Assembly (NCBI RefSeq): GCF_964355755.1
Contig: NC_092677.1
Coordinates: 3,122,101 to 3,186,100 of the forward strand
DNA: 64,000 nt
Reading direction: 5' to 3'
From: Antedon mediterranea
Lineage: Eukaryota > Animalia > Echinodermata
The notes under the pieces are model-generated. The model was given only the letters and a program-made list of their open reading frames with translations, was not told where the DNA came from and ran no database searches. Numbering within the stretch: the first letter of the stretch is position 1; the number at the start of each line of letters is the position of its first letter. This document shows, piece after piece, positions 25,801 through 40,800 of the stretch. The translations under genes and the position numbers were made by a program.

Positions 25801-28800
25801 ATGTTACAGGCCTGTTATTATGTTATTCAAAATCAGAGCTGCATTTCAAAGTACAATCTGATAAATATTGATTTCTAACCATTGAATACAATATAATATC
25901 AACATCAGTTTCAATACACTATAATTGTTTAGTGTTGTTATTGCATTTTGACCCAGATTTAAATTGTAAATGTCAGAAGAAAGAAAAATAAACACATTTA
26001 TTAGCTTTATAGACATCAGCCTATCGAGAAATAAAAAAGAATATCTAAATTCAAACAATGATGTACAATAGAACAGAGGTTGGAACCAATTTTAACCAAC
26101 TAAATAGCAAATATGAAAGAGAATGACATTTGTATACTGTCATTAATGCAGTAATTTATGTGTGTGTCCTCCTTATATGGACATATGGTACAAAAGCTCC
26201 TTATATGGACATATGGTACAAAAGGCTTGTTTTTTTCATGTAAATAACCAACCAATTTAAAGTTAAAACAACACAAAATGATAATTTGAACAGTGAATGT
26301 GTGATTAAGTCAAAGTGAATTCAATTCAAAGAAATCAATTAACATTTGTAGCGAAGTAACAAATCCTATGTGATGTACAGTACTGTCTAATCTAATACAA
26401 AAAGAACATATTGTATTTAAAACATATTGACAAAAAATAGCCTCTGATTGCACTTTGTCCATGTGTTTAACATACCCTAACCTACCACTACTAATGCTAG
26501 TAGACAAGTGTTTATTTCAGTATTATAATTTTCTTTTCTTTATACCGGTCGTTTGGAGCCAATTTATTCCGGTAAATCTTGCTGAAATCTCCAGCTCCAG
26601 CAACAATAATAATGGTAGTAAAGTGATGATAACCAAATCATAATTCTAATCTGGCTAACAGAGCATAAACAGTCGTCATTACATTGGCATTAAATGAAAT
26701 ACAGTACCCATCCAGTGTTAGTCCCATGGGATATCTTGCTGACAGTGGCTAATGGATTGTATACTGTTCTACCACCATACAGCCACGTTACATGCACATA
26801 CTGTACTCTGTATGAATATACATAATGTAATTTTATTAAGTGTTTTGCGTTTGGTCTTTAGTTTAAAACTGATCTGTCTGGCAATGTAAAAGATGAAAAG
26901 AATATTTATTTCATTTCAGTATGTTTTTTGACAATAAATGATAAGTTATGTTTTTATGATTTTAATATCAGTAATATCCTTAATTCTCATCATAATCATC
27001 ATTTATTATCAATCATCATTATCATTATCCTACAGTATTTAGTAATCAATCAAGTTTCTTCTTCATCATCATCATTATCATCTAACTTTTGTCTTCATAT
27101 CATTCTTATCATGTGTCATCATCATCATCCTCATCATCGTCATCATCGTCAACATCATCATCTAACTTTTGTCTTCAAATCATTCTTATAAATGTGTCGT
27201 CATAATCATCGTCATTGTCGTCGTCAATGTTATCATCTCCTTAATATATCTTCATCATTATTATCTTCAATTGTATTGCTATTATTAATATTTTATGTAG
27301 AGACTTACTGATATTACTGTATACAATCTGTTTATTTACAATTCTTCTATTTTCTTTTGAATCCAGAACAGCCAGTAAATATGTTCAATGTACAAATGTT
27401 AATAAACCTAAAAGTCAAAATCACATAATGTTGTTAACATTTGCTATATTTATCACGTCAGGAACATAAAATATATAAACATGTCGTCTTGTCAGCATTG
27501 TGCTGATGAAAGGTCAATTAGTCGAAGCAAACATCAGATAATAAAAGTAAAAACAGTTGCTCAAACCATCGATGGAATGTATACACTACTGTATACAGTA
27601 GTAAGTAGATATTATGTATATTGCATAGCTACTGTAACTGTAGGTTACTCAGTCGAGGTGTTGGTGGCTACTTTAGTTAAGCTTGGTTCCCACTAGGATG
27701 TAACGCAAGGACGTAAACGCAAGTGTGTTTACCAATGACAAGCGACATTTTGAATAATCCATCGCTTGTGATTGGTCAACTCACTTATTGTGCGTTATGT
27801 CCTTGTGTTGCGTGTCTAGTGGGAACCAAGCTTATCGTTATAAACCCTATTATTAATATTAAGGGCAAAACAAAAAATTAAGCCTCATCTACCTCCCCTG
27901 ATTTTCGAGCCAGCTCTGTTTAAAAACCGTAATATTCGTTTATAGCTTTCTTGTGATTGTACTGTAGTTTGGAGTGCTTTATTTATTCATGTTTTAAAGA
28001 GTTTTAGAGTTAAATATAATACTTAAAAAACAGCTCCCTCTTGGATCCGCCAACTGATCTTCGCTAAGTAAATTAGTTAAACAACTGGACAATGATAGGA
28101 GCCGTCCAGGCATTTGGTCCAGAATGGGAAATGATCGCAAATCTGGATTTAAGGTCACTTTAAGGTCATATATATAATCAAAACTAGGACTCTTTATATA
28201 TGCATACTTCATTACTATTATTAAGCATAATTAATATACAAATAATTTTATGTATTTACTTTATTATTAAAGTAAATACAATATTTTTATTTTAAATAAA
28301 CTGATTTAAGAATTTTGTATTACATCTAGCAATTTTTTTTTTCTGTTGACATTTTTTGGTTAATATATTTTTTTATTTCGGAAACATGAGTCCATATTAA
28401 AATTACAAAACATCTACGACTACTGTACTACTACTAAAACTATCTACATCTAAATCTACAGTACTACAACTTATCTTTGCTTTAAAAAAATTATAATTTT
28501 CCACATACTGTAATATCAAATTTATTAATTATGTCATTCCTTGTAATTTTCATAAAAACATGATATTTTTTGCTTTAAATAATTTCAATGTTATTCTTTC
28601 AACATTTTAATTATCATTGCTGTATCATGTAAAATTGTATGTCACTGTTGCTAGTTTTCACATTGATTTTCTTCATTGACAATTTGTTTATTCAGGATCG
28701 TTATTGTCTACTATATCATATCATAATAAAATTAAATCTGCAATTTAAACAAGTGCGCAAAACATTAACGTTTATATTCCATTATAAAGCAAAAATCGAT

Positions 28801-31800
28801 AACGATTTTACTCGATCATAAAAATTCAAAATATACAGACTAAAAGATACATTGCAATAATATTTTATGTTCTATTTTTAGAATATAATTGATAACCTCA
28901 GCTGTGTAAAATCAATATGATGGCCACACTATGTTTATGTTGAATATCTTGTTACATTTTGTTCCTTTCAATTGTGGGTTTGTTGCCCACAAAAATACAT
29001 AATTTGTAGGCTTGTGTGTTCCTTTAGATTCATAAAATCTTTTTTTGAATGGAGTCTGCACTGATTTTTGCTATTGATACGGACTCTAATCTCTAAAAAC
29101 TATAAAGCTCTGTTTACACTATCTAGTTTGACAAAAATGTGATATGCCCAAATATGGTAGTGATATGCCCAAATATGGTAGTGATATGCCCAAATATGGT
29201 AGTGATATGCCCAAATATGGTAGTGATATGGCCAAATATGGTAGTGATATGCCCAAATATGGTAGTGATATGCCCAAATATGGTAGTGATATGCCCAAAT
29301 ATCTACGCTCGCGCTAAGGTCAAATTTTCGTTCGCCAAAATGGCGAAAGGTTTTGAAAAACATTAGCCAAATTTAAAATCCTTTAGCCAAATTTAAAAAA
29401 CCATAAAAATTCGCAAAAATGTTTATCAAATAAATAATGCATGTATTTGTTTGTTATTTTACTTCTTTTACATTTATATTATTATTAGGTATCCCAATGA
29501 AGCTGATTTTCGTTACCGCGATTTTAACACGTTCGTGAAATTTCAAAAAGTGACGTGTCTTTGAAGTTAAAAATATACTATTTCTTATGTACCCATGAGA
29601 ATAAAAATTATATGCCGGGAAAGATCTTGTTTAAGGGATTATTTTTATATATTTTTAATCTATGTTTATTAAATATTTTAATAGAAAACGCGAGTTAAAA
29701 ATGAGGTACAAAAGCCGGCGAGCCAAAATCTGCGCGCTAAAAATAACTTTGGAAAACACCTACCCATTTTCGCACCCGATCGCACGAGGTCCATAATAGG
29801 TGGTGGAGTAATTTTTGTTGCATGTTATCAGGCTTTAAATACTCTTTATTTTGATATGTAAATCGGTTATTATTATTATGTACATCCGCCTCATATGTCA
29901 ATTTTAACGATAAAAATTCAATTTTTGAGTCTTTCTCATTATCAAAATCTGGCTAATTTAGTATTGAATTAAAGCTAATTTATATTTCTGTTTGATAAAC
30001 CACATCGTTTTATTTGACTTTGCGTGGACCTGGTGCGAAGAAACCAACAAGACCAACCACTGAAAAAAATAATCCCTACCATAAATATCAGTGTTTACCA
30101 TTTTCCTTACGGGGGATTCAGTTCTCCGCTTATTACTAAATTACCGTCGCCCAGGCAATGTGCATGGTATGCATGTATTAGCGCGTTAATTAATGATTGG
30201 GTAACCCCCGCAGTGGACTGTTCCATTTTCTGAACTAGTCTTCGCCGCACACGAGGCATGTCGAAAAATGTCGCCTCTCATCATGGAATATTTGCTTCGA
30301 AACGTCAACTTTACCGATTTATTAAATTATTTAATAAGTGGAATATTTATCAATCTATTATATAAAACAAGTACGTTAGGAAGAAATGTACTGCAGAAAT
30401 TTAAGAAGCTTTGAATTTGCTATGCAGCGGCCGTAACCCATTCTATGTAGGCGGCCGAAACGCGCTTTGGCCAGGGTTGCCGTTGTAGTATACGTTGTTT
30501 CTTAGCTATTCAATTTAAAGCGCAACTTTCGGTTAGAATAATCGAAAGGGAAATAAAATTAAACATGTTAACATTATACTATTGTCTATTGAGGTAATTA
30601 CTTTGTTAAATTTAAAATTCCCCTTTTTAAATAACAGAACAGCCTCGTTTACGGAAGTATTCGTCCACATGTTTCTGTTTACATTTTCTTCTTGAAGTTC
30701 ATTTTCTACGTCGAAGAATAGGGACTTCCCCTTTTATTCGCTCATCATCCACGAACCAATCACATTAACTGTGTGTCATTAAAACGTCATCGAGGCACGC
30801 TCTGCGCATGTTTAAACAGAACTAAAAAAATGAACACGGCGATCGTGACGTCGTCGCATACCGAGTCAGAAAGTACTGAAGTACGTGTGGCGAATTCTCG
30901 CTCCCATAGAAGTCACGCCGACCAGGCTAGGCCTAGGCTTGGAAATGTATTTTCGCCAATTTGGCGAACGAGGCAATACTTATTTTCGCCAAATGGAGAC
31001 TCCAGTCGCCATTGGCGAATTGGCGAGCGGTTAGCGCGAGCGTAGAATATGGTAGTGAAATGCCCAAATATGGTAAGGATATGCCTAAATATGTAAGGAT
31101 ATGGCCAAATATGGTAGTGATATGGCCAAATATGGTAGTGATATGCCCATATATGGTAGTGATATGCCAAAAATGGTAGTTATATAATGTCATGTCCATG
31201 TATTCTTTTTGCTTTATAAACCAAAAAGAAAGATTTACAGTATTTTATAATCATTTATTAGAGTTTGTTCTCAGTTTGTATTGTTCCATAATGTGATCAT
31301 ATTCAATAAATGAACTACTGTATATTAAATGTTGAATTTAGTAACTGCTATGTTTTAGTATAATAAAAGAAAGAAAGCGTCTAACGACAAGGCCCAAAAA
31401 TTTGTCTCGTTGGGAGAAAATTAAACTCCCAACAACATAAAAACTACGGCCGACGCTATCTCAAAATGACTCGCCCCATTGAACAGTACTGACGAGTCAA
31501 ACGTTTTGTCGGGCCTCGTCGTACGACGCAGTCTGAGTTGACAATTTTACTGTTATGCTTCATTAGTATTGAGTATTTAAAGTTAATTTGGTATTTAAAA
31601 TAAATATTAATGTTTTTTCTTTCTATCCTGATCGTTAATTCAATTTACTTGTATCTGGACCTGTATCAATCCATTATTAATATTCATATATAATATTCAT
31701 CCACAGTTTTTGTTCAGAATATCAAAGTAAACGGTTTTAATCGTTCACATGAAAATCGTTATGAATACACTTTTCAGGTAAGCATAATACTAAATTTGTT

Positions 31801-34800
31801 TCATTATTATTCAACAAAACCGATTATAAAGTTTGTTTATGTGCCAGGCTACCTGGATAAACTGACAATAGCCCATGCTCTCCTTAGGAAGAGCTACTGT
31901 ATGATACAGAAAAAATAAAATTACCCCTATGTAATAATGGACTTGTGTAGGCACCACAAGATTCCACATTCATTTTGAAAACAACATAAATAATGTTATT
32001 TAAAAAACTAGGCCAACGCAGCATGAACGATTTGAGAGTTTTGTTCTCAGCTCTAATGGCAACAATGTGTTGTTGTTAATAATATCAAATCTCAACATAG
32101 ATACAACATCAATGTTATAATGAGCATATTGTCCTAATTTATTACAGCGACGACAACATTGTTTCAAATAACAAAGTGTAATGCGTAATCCATGTTGTGT
32201 ATATGATCTCATTTTGTAACCTTATTGTTGAGGTGGTCCCGTCATCATGTTTCATTTGGTTGAGGTCATCCCATTAATTATTTAATATTTTCTTATGATT
32301 CCTGATCTTTGATTGGAAAGGATCTTACAATTACACTTTCCTAAATTTTAAAAATTAAATTCACAATTATCTGCCACACTTTTATAAATACATAATTATT
32401 CAACTAGTAATATTTGTTATTACAAATAGTGTTCTGTAATGCACTTGTCAATTGTATGACCCACTATACGACCCCCGGGAGAGGTGCATCATGGGTGCGT
32501 CATTTACATATAATTACTGACGCAAGGGTGCGTCAAAAAACCTAGATGGTATGTCACATCAATGAACAAGGTGTGTCAATGTCCGTCACTTTACCACCCA
32601 CCATATCATAAACAACATGGTCGCAGTGCGTCAAAATAGGTGCGTCATGGTCACCTAAAGGTAAGTCACATTTTTTACGCACGGGTGCGTCATGGTATTC
32701 AAAGGTATGACGCACATCGGACAAATGACGCACCTCTCCCGGGGGTCATATAGTGGGTCATACAATTGACAAGTGCATAAGTTTACAGTAATTTTGTAAT
32801 ACCATGGAGCTACTCGATGGTAATACACTATGTAGACGTATTGTGAGTCACTGTAAATAAAACAGTATGAATATGATATGTTTACCCAAAAATAATTGAT
32901 TAAATATCTTAATTAAAAGTAAACAAATGTAGTTTACTGCAGTAGAATAATTTTGCTGTTCTCTAAACATTATTTTCATCTTTTAATTCAATATTTTAAA
33001 CGGTTTAGCTGGTCGATACCATCTTATTGCTAAAGAGGATCCAGTTTGTTAATGAAATTATTATAATTGTAATGTGTGTATTGTTGAGGTGATCCCACCA
33101 TGCACCTGGTCACCTAACTACGGTCATTGAAAATCAAATTTCAAATAATGTAACATAACTATAAACATAAATTAATATTTCATTTTTAAATTTGATTATT
33201 ACAATTACAAAAATATACATACAGTTATTATAGACTACAGACCTGTACTTCTGAATAATAAGTGTTTTTAGCTGTTTTAAAATGACTGTAGAAATGAAAT
33301 AATTGAAATAATTGTATCCGTGAAATAATCCAATGGTTTATTTATTAGTAGTTTTATTGATTTCAACATTATTTTCATGATTAATGATTCTTTTCCTTTT
33401 CCGATATTTTTTCGCAAAGGGAATAAAAAAAAAAATATCACTTTAATTTAAAGTGATATTTTTTTAAATATTAAATTTATTTAAATTTAATTTTAAATAT
33501 AAATATTAATTTAAAGTTTAAATGACATCTAGCTAATATATACCTATAAAATATATATAAAGTAAAGTGATATACTGATAACAATATTGGGTTGTTGTTC
33601 CCATTTGAATTTTTCTTGACTATTCCATTTTATCGGTAGGGGTGTTCAGTTACTTTTTTTTTTCAAATTCATTTTATCCAGGTGCCATACAGTTTGTTAT
33701 TATTCGTTTGTGGTTTTTTTTAGATTACGTGGTCAGACAACTCGGTGACCAGTGTAAGCAAAACGCATGTCCAGTTATTTGAATTCCAATGCAAGGCAAG
33801 TTTTGTTTTTAATCATTTAAAAGAAAAATATTATTAATCTAACCTCTGTTTTATTATGTCTTCTGGCTTAAAGATTTTCACACTGAAAAAATAATGACAA
33901 CAACATTTTCTTTTCATTTTTAACATAATAGTTATTCACTTTGACCAAAAGTTGGATCCAACAAAAATTATTTACCTGAAAAAACTGAAATTTAAAGTCA
34001 AATTGGTTGAAATTTTGTCTTTTTAAAAGAGAAAATGTTTTTTTTTTTCGATAAACTTTAATAAAACTACAAAATAGCTCATTCAAAATCTGATTTTATT
34101 CTTATCTTCATTTTCATTTTTTTGTGGGACAATACATCTTTAATTAAAGATGTCATTTACAGTAGCTACAACAATTTTTATTTCCATGATATTTTAAGGA
34201 TTTTGTCAACAAATTAGCAAATGATTAATGTTATTAAAATTATTTTCCTCAGTTACTGAATCTTTTTCCTGAGCAAGCAGGCGAACATAAATCGATGATG
34301 CCATACCTTGAAGGTGAGTAAATTATTATTAATTTTTAAGAATGTATTAAATATAGTATATTATTATTTATTATATCATTTACCACTGCGATACCAGAAG
34401 AATGAAAAAGGAGTATCTGTTGTAACATTGGTTTAAATGACATTAACCAAAATGCTGAAGTTGATCCTTAATTGGAGGTGATAAATTCGGACAACACTAT
34501 AGCCAACCCCTTTTTCGGGGGGTGGGGGGGGGGGGGAACATCATAAATGGGGTCACTTCATATTAAGAGGTCACTTTGTTGGGACTCCTGATGTTGTTTT
34601 CTAGCACACCCCATCCCACCTGCCCCACCCATAATTGAGATTCTATTACTGTACAGTGTATTTGTTCAGTAGTAATACAGTAATACTGTAACTTTGTAAG
34701 ACATTATGTTTCTTAGGGTCTGTTTCTGCTGAAAAAATAAAAATAATCGATTTTTTCCAGTCACCGCAAACCACAAAAATAATCGCGTTGCAATTGAAAA

Positions 34801-37800
34801 TTGCTACGACTTTAATCGGTTATTCAGGTAATCGGTTTTTAAAATCACGTCATCATTCCCCCACAGCGCAGTTCAAGTTATGAAAGGCCGATGAGAGTTG
34901 GTTTGTTTACATCCTATCGCTGCCTAAAACTCTCACATGTAGAGCTACGATTAAAAATTACTCTTACGTAAAGCTATATTATTTGTAAAATAAACATCTA
35001 GGCCTACTACCGTACCACATACAACAGAATAATGATGTTATATTAATAAGGACACGTCGGCGAAAAAAGTTCGTTTCGCCGTTCGTTGGTTCTACCTTCG
35101 GCCTGCTAGGGCCTAGCCTAGAGGCTATATATTTCTACCGAAACAAGTCAACAGACAACAGGCCTAACAAATGACATGTAAAACATCGTTAGCCTGAACT
35201 GGTGGTATGTAACGGGTGTACTTGTAACACAGAATCCCGGAGTCTCTCGGTATAATTCTCCCCCACAAAATAATAAAAATCAAATGTTTAACATTTGATT
35301 GTTATTCGGTCTACCCTACATCGCGATCGTGGTTTTGCTGATCGTCGTCGATATCGCGCAAATAAACAGCATGCTTTGTGACGTGAATAAGTTTGTCATA
35401 CTCTAGAGGTCAAAGTGAGGTCAATAATCGCTATTTGTGTTGCAGCTCAAAACTGCTCCGCAATAATCGGTTAAAACAAGAAATAATCGATTAAAACACG
35501 CAATGGATTGAGTGTTTTTAATCGGTTATTTTTAATCGGTTATTTTATTTTGCGCCGTTTCTGCTGCCCAAAAATAATCGATTAAAAAAATAAACGGTTA
35601 ATAATCGATTATTTCTGCTCAGCAGAAACAGGCCCTTAGTAAATTATTGGACTTAACTTCTTTCACGTGTGTTAACAATACATTCTCTTACTTGGTTATT
35701 TATTGTTTATGACTCAGTAGATATTACATTTATCAACACTGTGAAGCTTGTTATAATTAAGTCATAAATTATGGTAGACCTGGTTTTGATACTTCTGTTG
35801 TTAGTTGTGATTGGTTCGATTCTCCTCTGGTTCGATTCTTCTCTGGTTCGGAATGATGTTGTGTACACAATAGACTACACAGACCAATTTGGTAGTCTTG
35901 CAGTTCAGTCTACCTGTATTAAGAAAAAAAACTTGCCACCCATCAGAAAAAAAATTTGAGAAATGATGATGTTGGGATGCTCACACTAGAGGGCGTAGTA
36001 GATAAATTCTTCTTTTTCTTATTAGTATCTCATTTCGGAGATTAAGGTCATGTCAGTTTGTTTCATTTATTACTTCTGGTCGTCGTCGTCGTAGTAGTAT
36101 TTCAATTCATCTTTGGTTCTGTTGATTTTCAGGGTATCTGAAGGTGCGCATATTTGCTTTCAATCTTAAGCTCTGTCCACACTATCAAACTAGTTTGACA
36201 ATAAAAAGTATGATGTGTGCAAATATGGTAGTGAAATGACATCATCATATATGAGCACATTTTGTTGTCACATAAAGTGTGATAGTAAAAAAACAAAATG
36301 TGTATAATTTCCAGTTAAATGAACATTATTTATGTATTGTATATTATTGAGACAATATTTGTTACTAGAATTTACACCATTTAAAAACCTGGTTTTCTTG
36401 TGGGGTTATTCATAGAAATTGAACCCCGTAGCTACAGGTATGTATTTGAACATTACATCTTGGTCATGTTCTCAGCAGGCATTTGGGTGTCAATAAATAA
36501 CATGTTACACCCAATTTTGACCTTAATGTTCAGATGTATCTGTTCAATATATTACATCCTTACAGACATTATTAAAAGTATGTACAGTAGACAGTGACTG
36601 TTTTATTAAATTGTAATGTGAAACAGTTGGAATGTTTTCAATTATGTCAAATTTGTTTGTAACATTCAATACGAATACGATCATAACGATTAGACTTCTA
36701 ACATTGTTACTGTACGTCTATTAATATTAAGGGACCATTTTGCACTGGCGTTTTTATTTTTAATATTAGGGAGCGTTTCATTTGCGACAACCAAACTTTG
36801 TCATGTTAATTGTGCGCATGTGGAGATAAAGGGACGCGTGTCCTCACCTCGACATAGGTTTTGATTCTTTCTAGGTCCAGGTGACGGCCAACGACTCATT
36901 GATTGACCTGACATAGGTTGGTCATAGCATATCAAAAGATTAGATTGTAGCATAAATATTATCTCTTTCTCGTTTTCGCAATCGTTGCGCCCTCATCGGG
37001 AATTGTATTGAATTGGAATACTATACTCATGTTATAAAATGACAAACGCAAAAATGTTTTCATGTTGGATAAGTATAATTGGTTGTTCATTGGAGATGCA
37101 ACCTTTACCTTGTATATGGATTTTTGGAATAACAGACTTTACTTATAACAGACTTATTGCATGTTTTTTTTAATCTATTATTACATCCAGATGGTCATAA
37201 ATTTTCAAAATTTATGTTTTTCTGTCAAAAAATTAAATAATCATTAAAATAATAATTGTTTGTGATTTCAAAATATGAATAATTGTACTGTAATTCACAA
37301 ATAATTGATAATTAACCGAATTAATATTTACTCCAGTTTGTATTGACCTCTATGTGACCTTAATTTCTGCTCAAAACAAGGTGACCTTGTAATTATTGGG
37401 ATATGGGTATAGAAAGAAATGATAATATTATAGGTAAATTAAAGGTCAAACCCCATATTTGGTATATTTAACTGTGCACAAGTGTGTGGTTTTATCGAAA
37501 CCAGCAAGTTATATTTAGACCATTACATCATTCAAGGAAATATTGTTTGTCATTTAAATCTTTTAAAAATGAATGTAATTAAAAAAGAAAATTATTATCG
37601 TAGTAATATTAATTAAATACTGTACTATTTTGATACAATAATAAAACACATTTTAATGTATTTTGTTTTGTTTTCCTTAAAATGTTTTGTTTATCCAAAA
37701 CAAAATTACGGTATATTTCGGTGTATAAGTCGCACTTTTGACACGCAAATTTTACCTCTAAATTAAGGGTGCGTCTCATACACCGAACATAAATGCCTCA

Positions 37801-40800
37801 CCACACAGATTGTACATATCGTCACCTCGTTTGCTAGGCCTGAGTAGGCTAGGCCTAGCTACAGTATACTAACGTAACGGCAACCTGCTTCTGCCTAGTT
37901 TTCAAGGCATTTTAGCATGATGTTATACTAAATATGATGAAAAGATTTGTTCATTATGGAGCTGCTGTTTTAGGCGCTCCGATAAAATTCCATTTTTAAA
38001 CGTTTACGATTGGAATAGGCTAGTATTTATTCATAGTTATACGCACGATCGCCGACCGCCGTACCCCCAGCGCAAGCCCTTCTTGGGCGGCCACATGGTG
38101 TACGATATTCGACTAGTATATTCTCCAGGTGATTATAGCATGGACCTATCGTACACACTTCTCGGATACATAGATACTAATCAAATACGATTTTCTGTGA
38201 AAACGTGCGCCCTCTCGAAATGATCGATCGAGGCTAGCCCACACACATGTACGTGTTACACACACGGTCATGCACTCGATATTGCGGGTGCGAAACTCAT
38301 GAATAACAAGTTAGAAAGAACTTGTTGAGGCTGGGCGCGGCCGAGCCTAGGTAAGAAAAAACCTAAATAAAGGAGGCCGTTGTAGATACAACAAAATTAT
38401 TATTACAATAATATTGATTACAATTTTTAAAAAAAATTGTTTTTATGAAATATAAGGTGCGTCTTTATACGGTCTTATACATCGACGATATAAAAAATAC
38501 CGATATTTTACTCTCAGTTAGGGGGTGAGTCTTATACACAGGTGCGACTTATACACCGAAATATACGGTATGTTACTGTATATCAGCCCTTTCAGCATTT
38601 TTATTATTGCAGAATTATGGTGTTTTTCCGGGTTTCTAGTCAAAGATTATCAAAGTCATAATCTGTTACTTATTCTGTTATTCTGTTTATTATTATTATT
38701 AATGATTTTAATAATTTATTTGTAGGAAAACGAATATCAAGTACAGCACATAAAGGAGAACTAGCAGAGAAAACACTGCCAGACATTGAGGAATACGTTA
38801 GGTACGCAAACATTGATTTTATTATTGGCAAAAGTAAAGGCAATATCACATGATGAGCTTTTAGTCAAGTATATCAGTATCAGTTCCTATTTAAAGTGTA
38901 ACCTAATTCTTTCTATTAAATGCAATATCGTCTTAATTTTACCCTACTTTAATTAGATAAGCCAATTCCTAACTCTTTCTATAGGTCTGTTTACACTATC
39001 AAACTAGTTTGACAAAAAAAGTGTGATATACCCAAATATGGTATTGTTATGACATCATCATGTCCATATATGGGCACATTTTTTTTGTTACATAAAGTTT
39101 AATAGTGTAGACAGAGCTTAAGCCCTTTTCTCACAGAATCATGCGCCAAGGAGGGGTGGGGGGAAGAAATATGGAAGCCCGTAGAGGGACGAAATGAAGG
39201 TCTGAACATAATTTGCTCAAGACATAGTAATATTACTAGAATCCAGTGTGTCAATATCTTTGCCGCAGATTTTCAAAGTACAATACAATGGCAACGGTTG
39301 CCTATCTATACCGCCTTTTTGCCGACACATGTTTTGCTAAAAATTACTTGTGTAGAGCACTATATACTACAGTTTTAACATTTGTTTAATTAGAAGATGA
39401 TCTGTGATACTCATCACAAACATTTTTTCTGTTTATTTTATTTTTTTTCCAGACAACTAAGCAATCTACCGCCGCACATCCTCCAGTGCCATCACGTTGT
39501 GGCGTTCTTCTGCCCGTCCAGTCTACCAACGACTACACCGGTAATTCCAAATGTAAACGCCGAACAAAACGTTGTATTGGATCCGCTATCAACCAACTGT
39601 AAGTTGGAAATTCTAAGATATAAAATGGGCTGCATTTTTAATGCCTTTCACTGTGAAATAATGATGACATATAAACATACTTTGGCCCATTTTCACAAGG
39701 AAAAAGATAATAGCTGCTATACATAATAATATATGCGGCGTTCGTAATCTATTTTACGATCCTGTGTATTGTGGTAGTTCTATATTTGGAACGCTACTTC
39801 TGAAATAGAAATAAAAATTTCTATGAATAATATTTATTTATTGGTACGTTGGTAGTTTTATCCATCTAGTGTCTCTATGAAAATATCATTTAAATCTCAT
39901 GAGGTCTGTTAAATACATTTATATATTTCTTCTATCTAATTATGACAAGCATTGGATTGAATACAATGCAGACTGCTTATATTGCATTAATTAATGCTAA
40001 TTATAATATTGTATTAATTAATGCTAATTATAATATTGTATTAATTAATGCTAATTATAATATTGTATTAATTAATGCTAATTATAATATTGTATTAATT
40101 AATGCTAATTATAATATTGTATTAATTAATGCTAATTATAATATTGTATTAATTAATGCTAATTATAATATTGTATTAATTAATGCTAATTATAATATTG
40201 CATTAATTAATGCTAATTATTATAATATTGTATTAATTAATGCTAATTATAATATATTGTATTAATTAATGCTAATTATAATATTGTATCAATTAATGCT
40301 AATTATAATATTGTATTAATTAATGCTAATTATAATATTGTATTAATTAATGCTAATTATAACATTGTATACAAAATTAAAAAGTATATACACAGTTAAC
40401 TCTTTGAAAACTGAAAATTCTCCAAAGAAGAAAGAAAAGTTCAAAGTTCAGAATTTCTGGGGGACCAGACAAAATTTATTAGGCCTCCACGATATTGAGA
40501 GGTGACTGTACAGTAGTAACAATCCCAAACAACTTCTTAAACCCACCAATTTTTACAAAGATTATACTATCAGTAAAGTACTGATTTAACTTGCATATTT
40601 TGAACATTTTAGGTGATGATTATCAGGTGGTATACTGCGAACAACCATGTGACACTGACCTCAATGAACAGGCGGAAAGTTTACAGTCCAACGAACAACC
40701 TGAAGTGTTCTACGCCACAGACGCCACACAAATGGCATGCCACAAGGAAGCAGAAGGAACTGTAAACCTCGCAGAAGGATATCACGTACCCTCTGAAGCG

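Noticed and set aside
29100-31199. ORFs with CPNMVVI / WAYHYHI / GHITTIF repeats
   Set aside because: Reading frames through the 21-bp MITE unit, which recurs in many non-coding copies.
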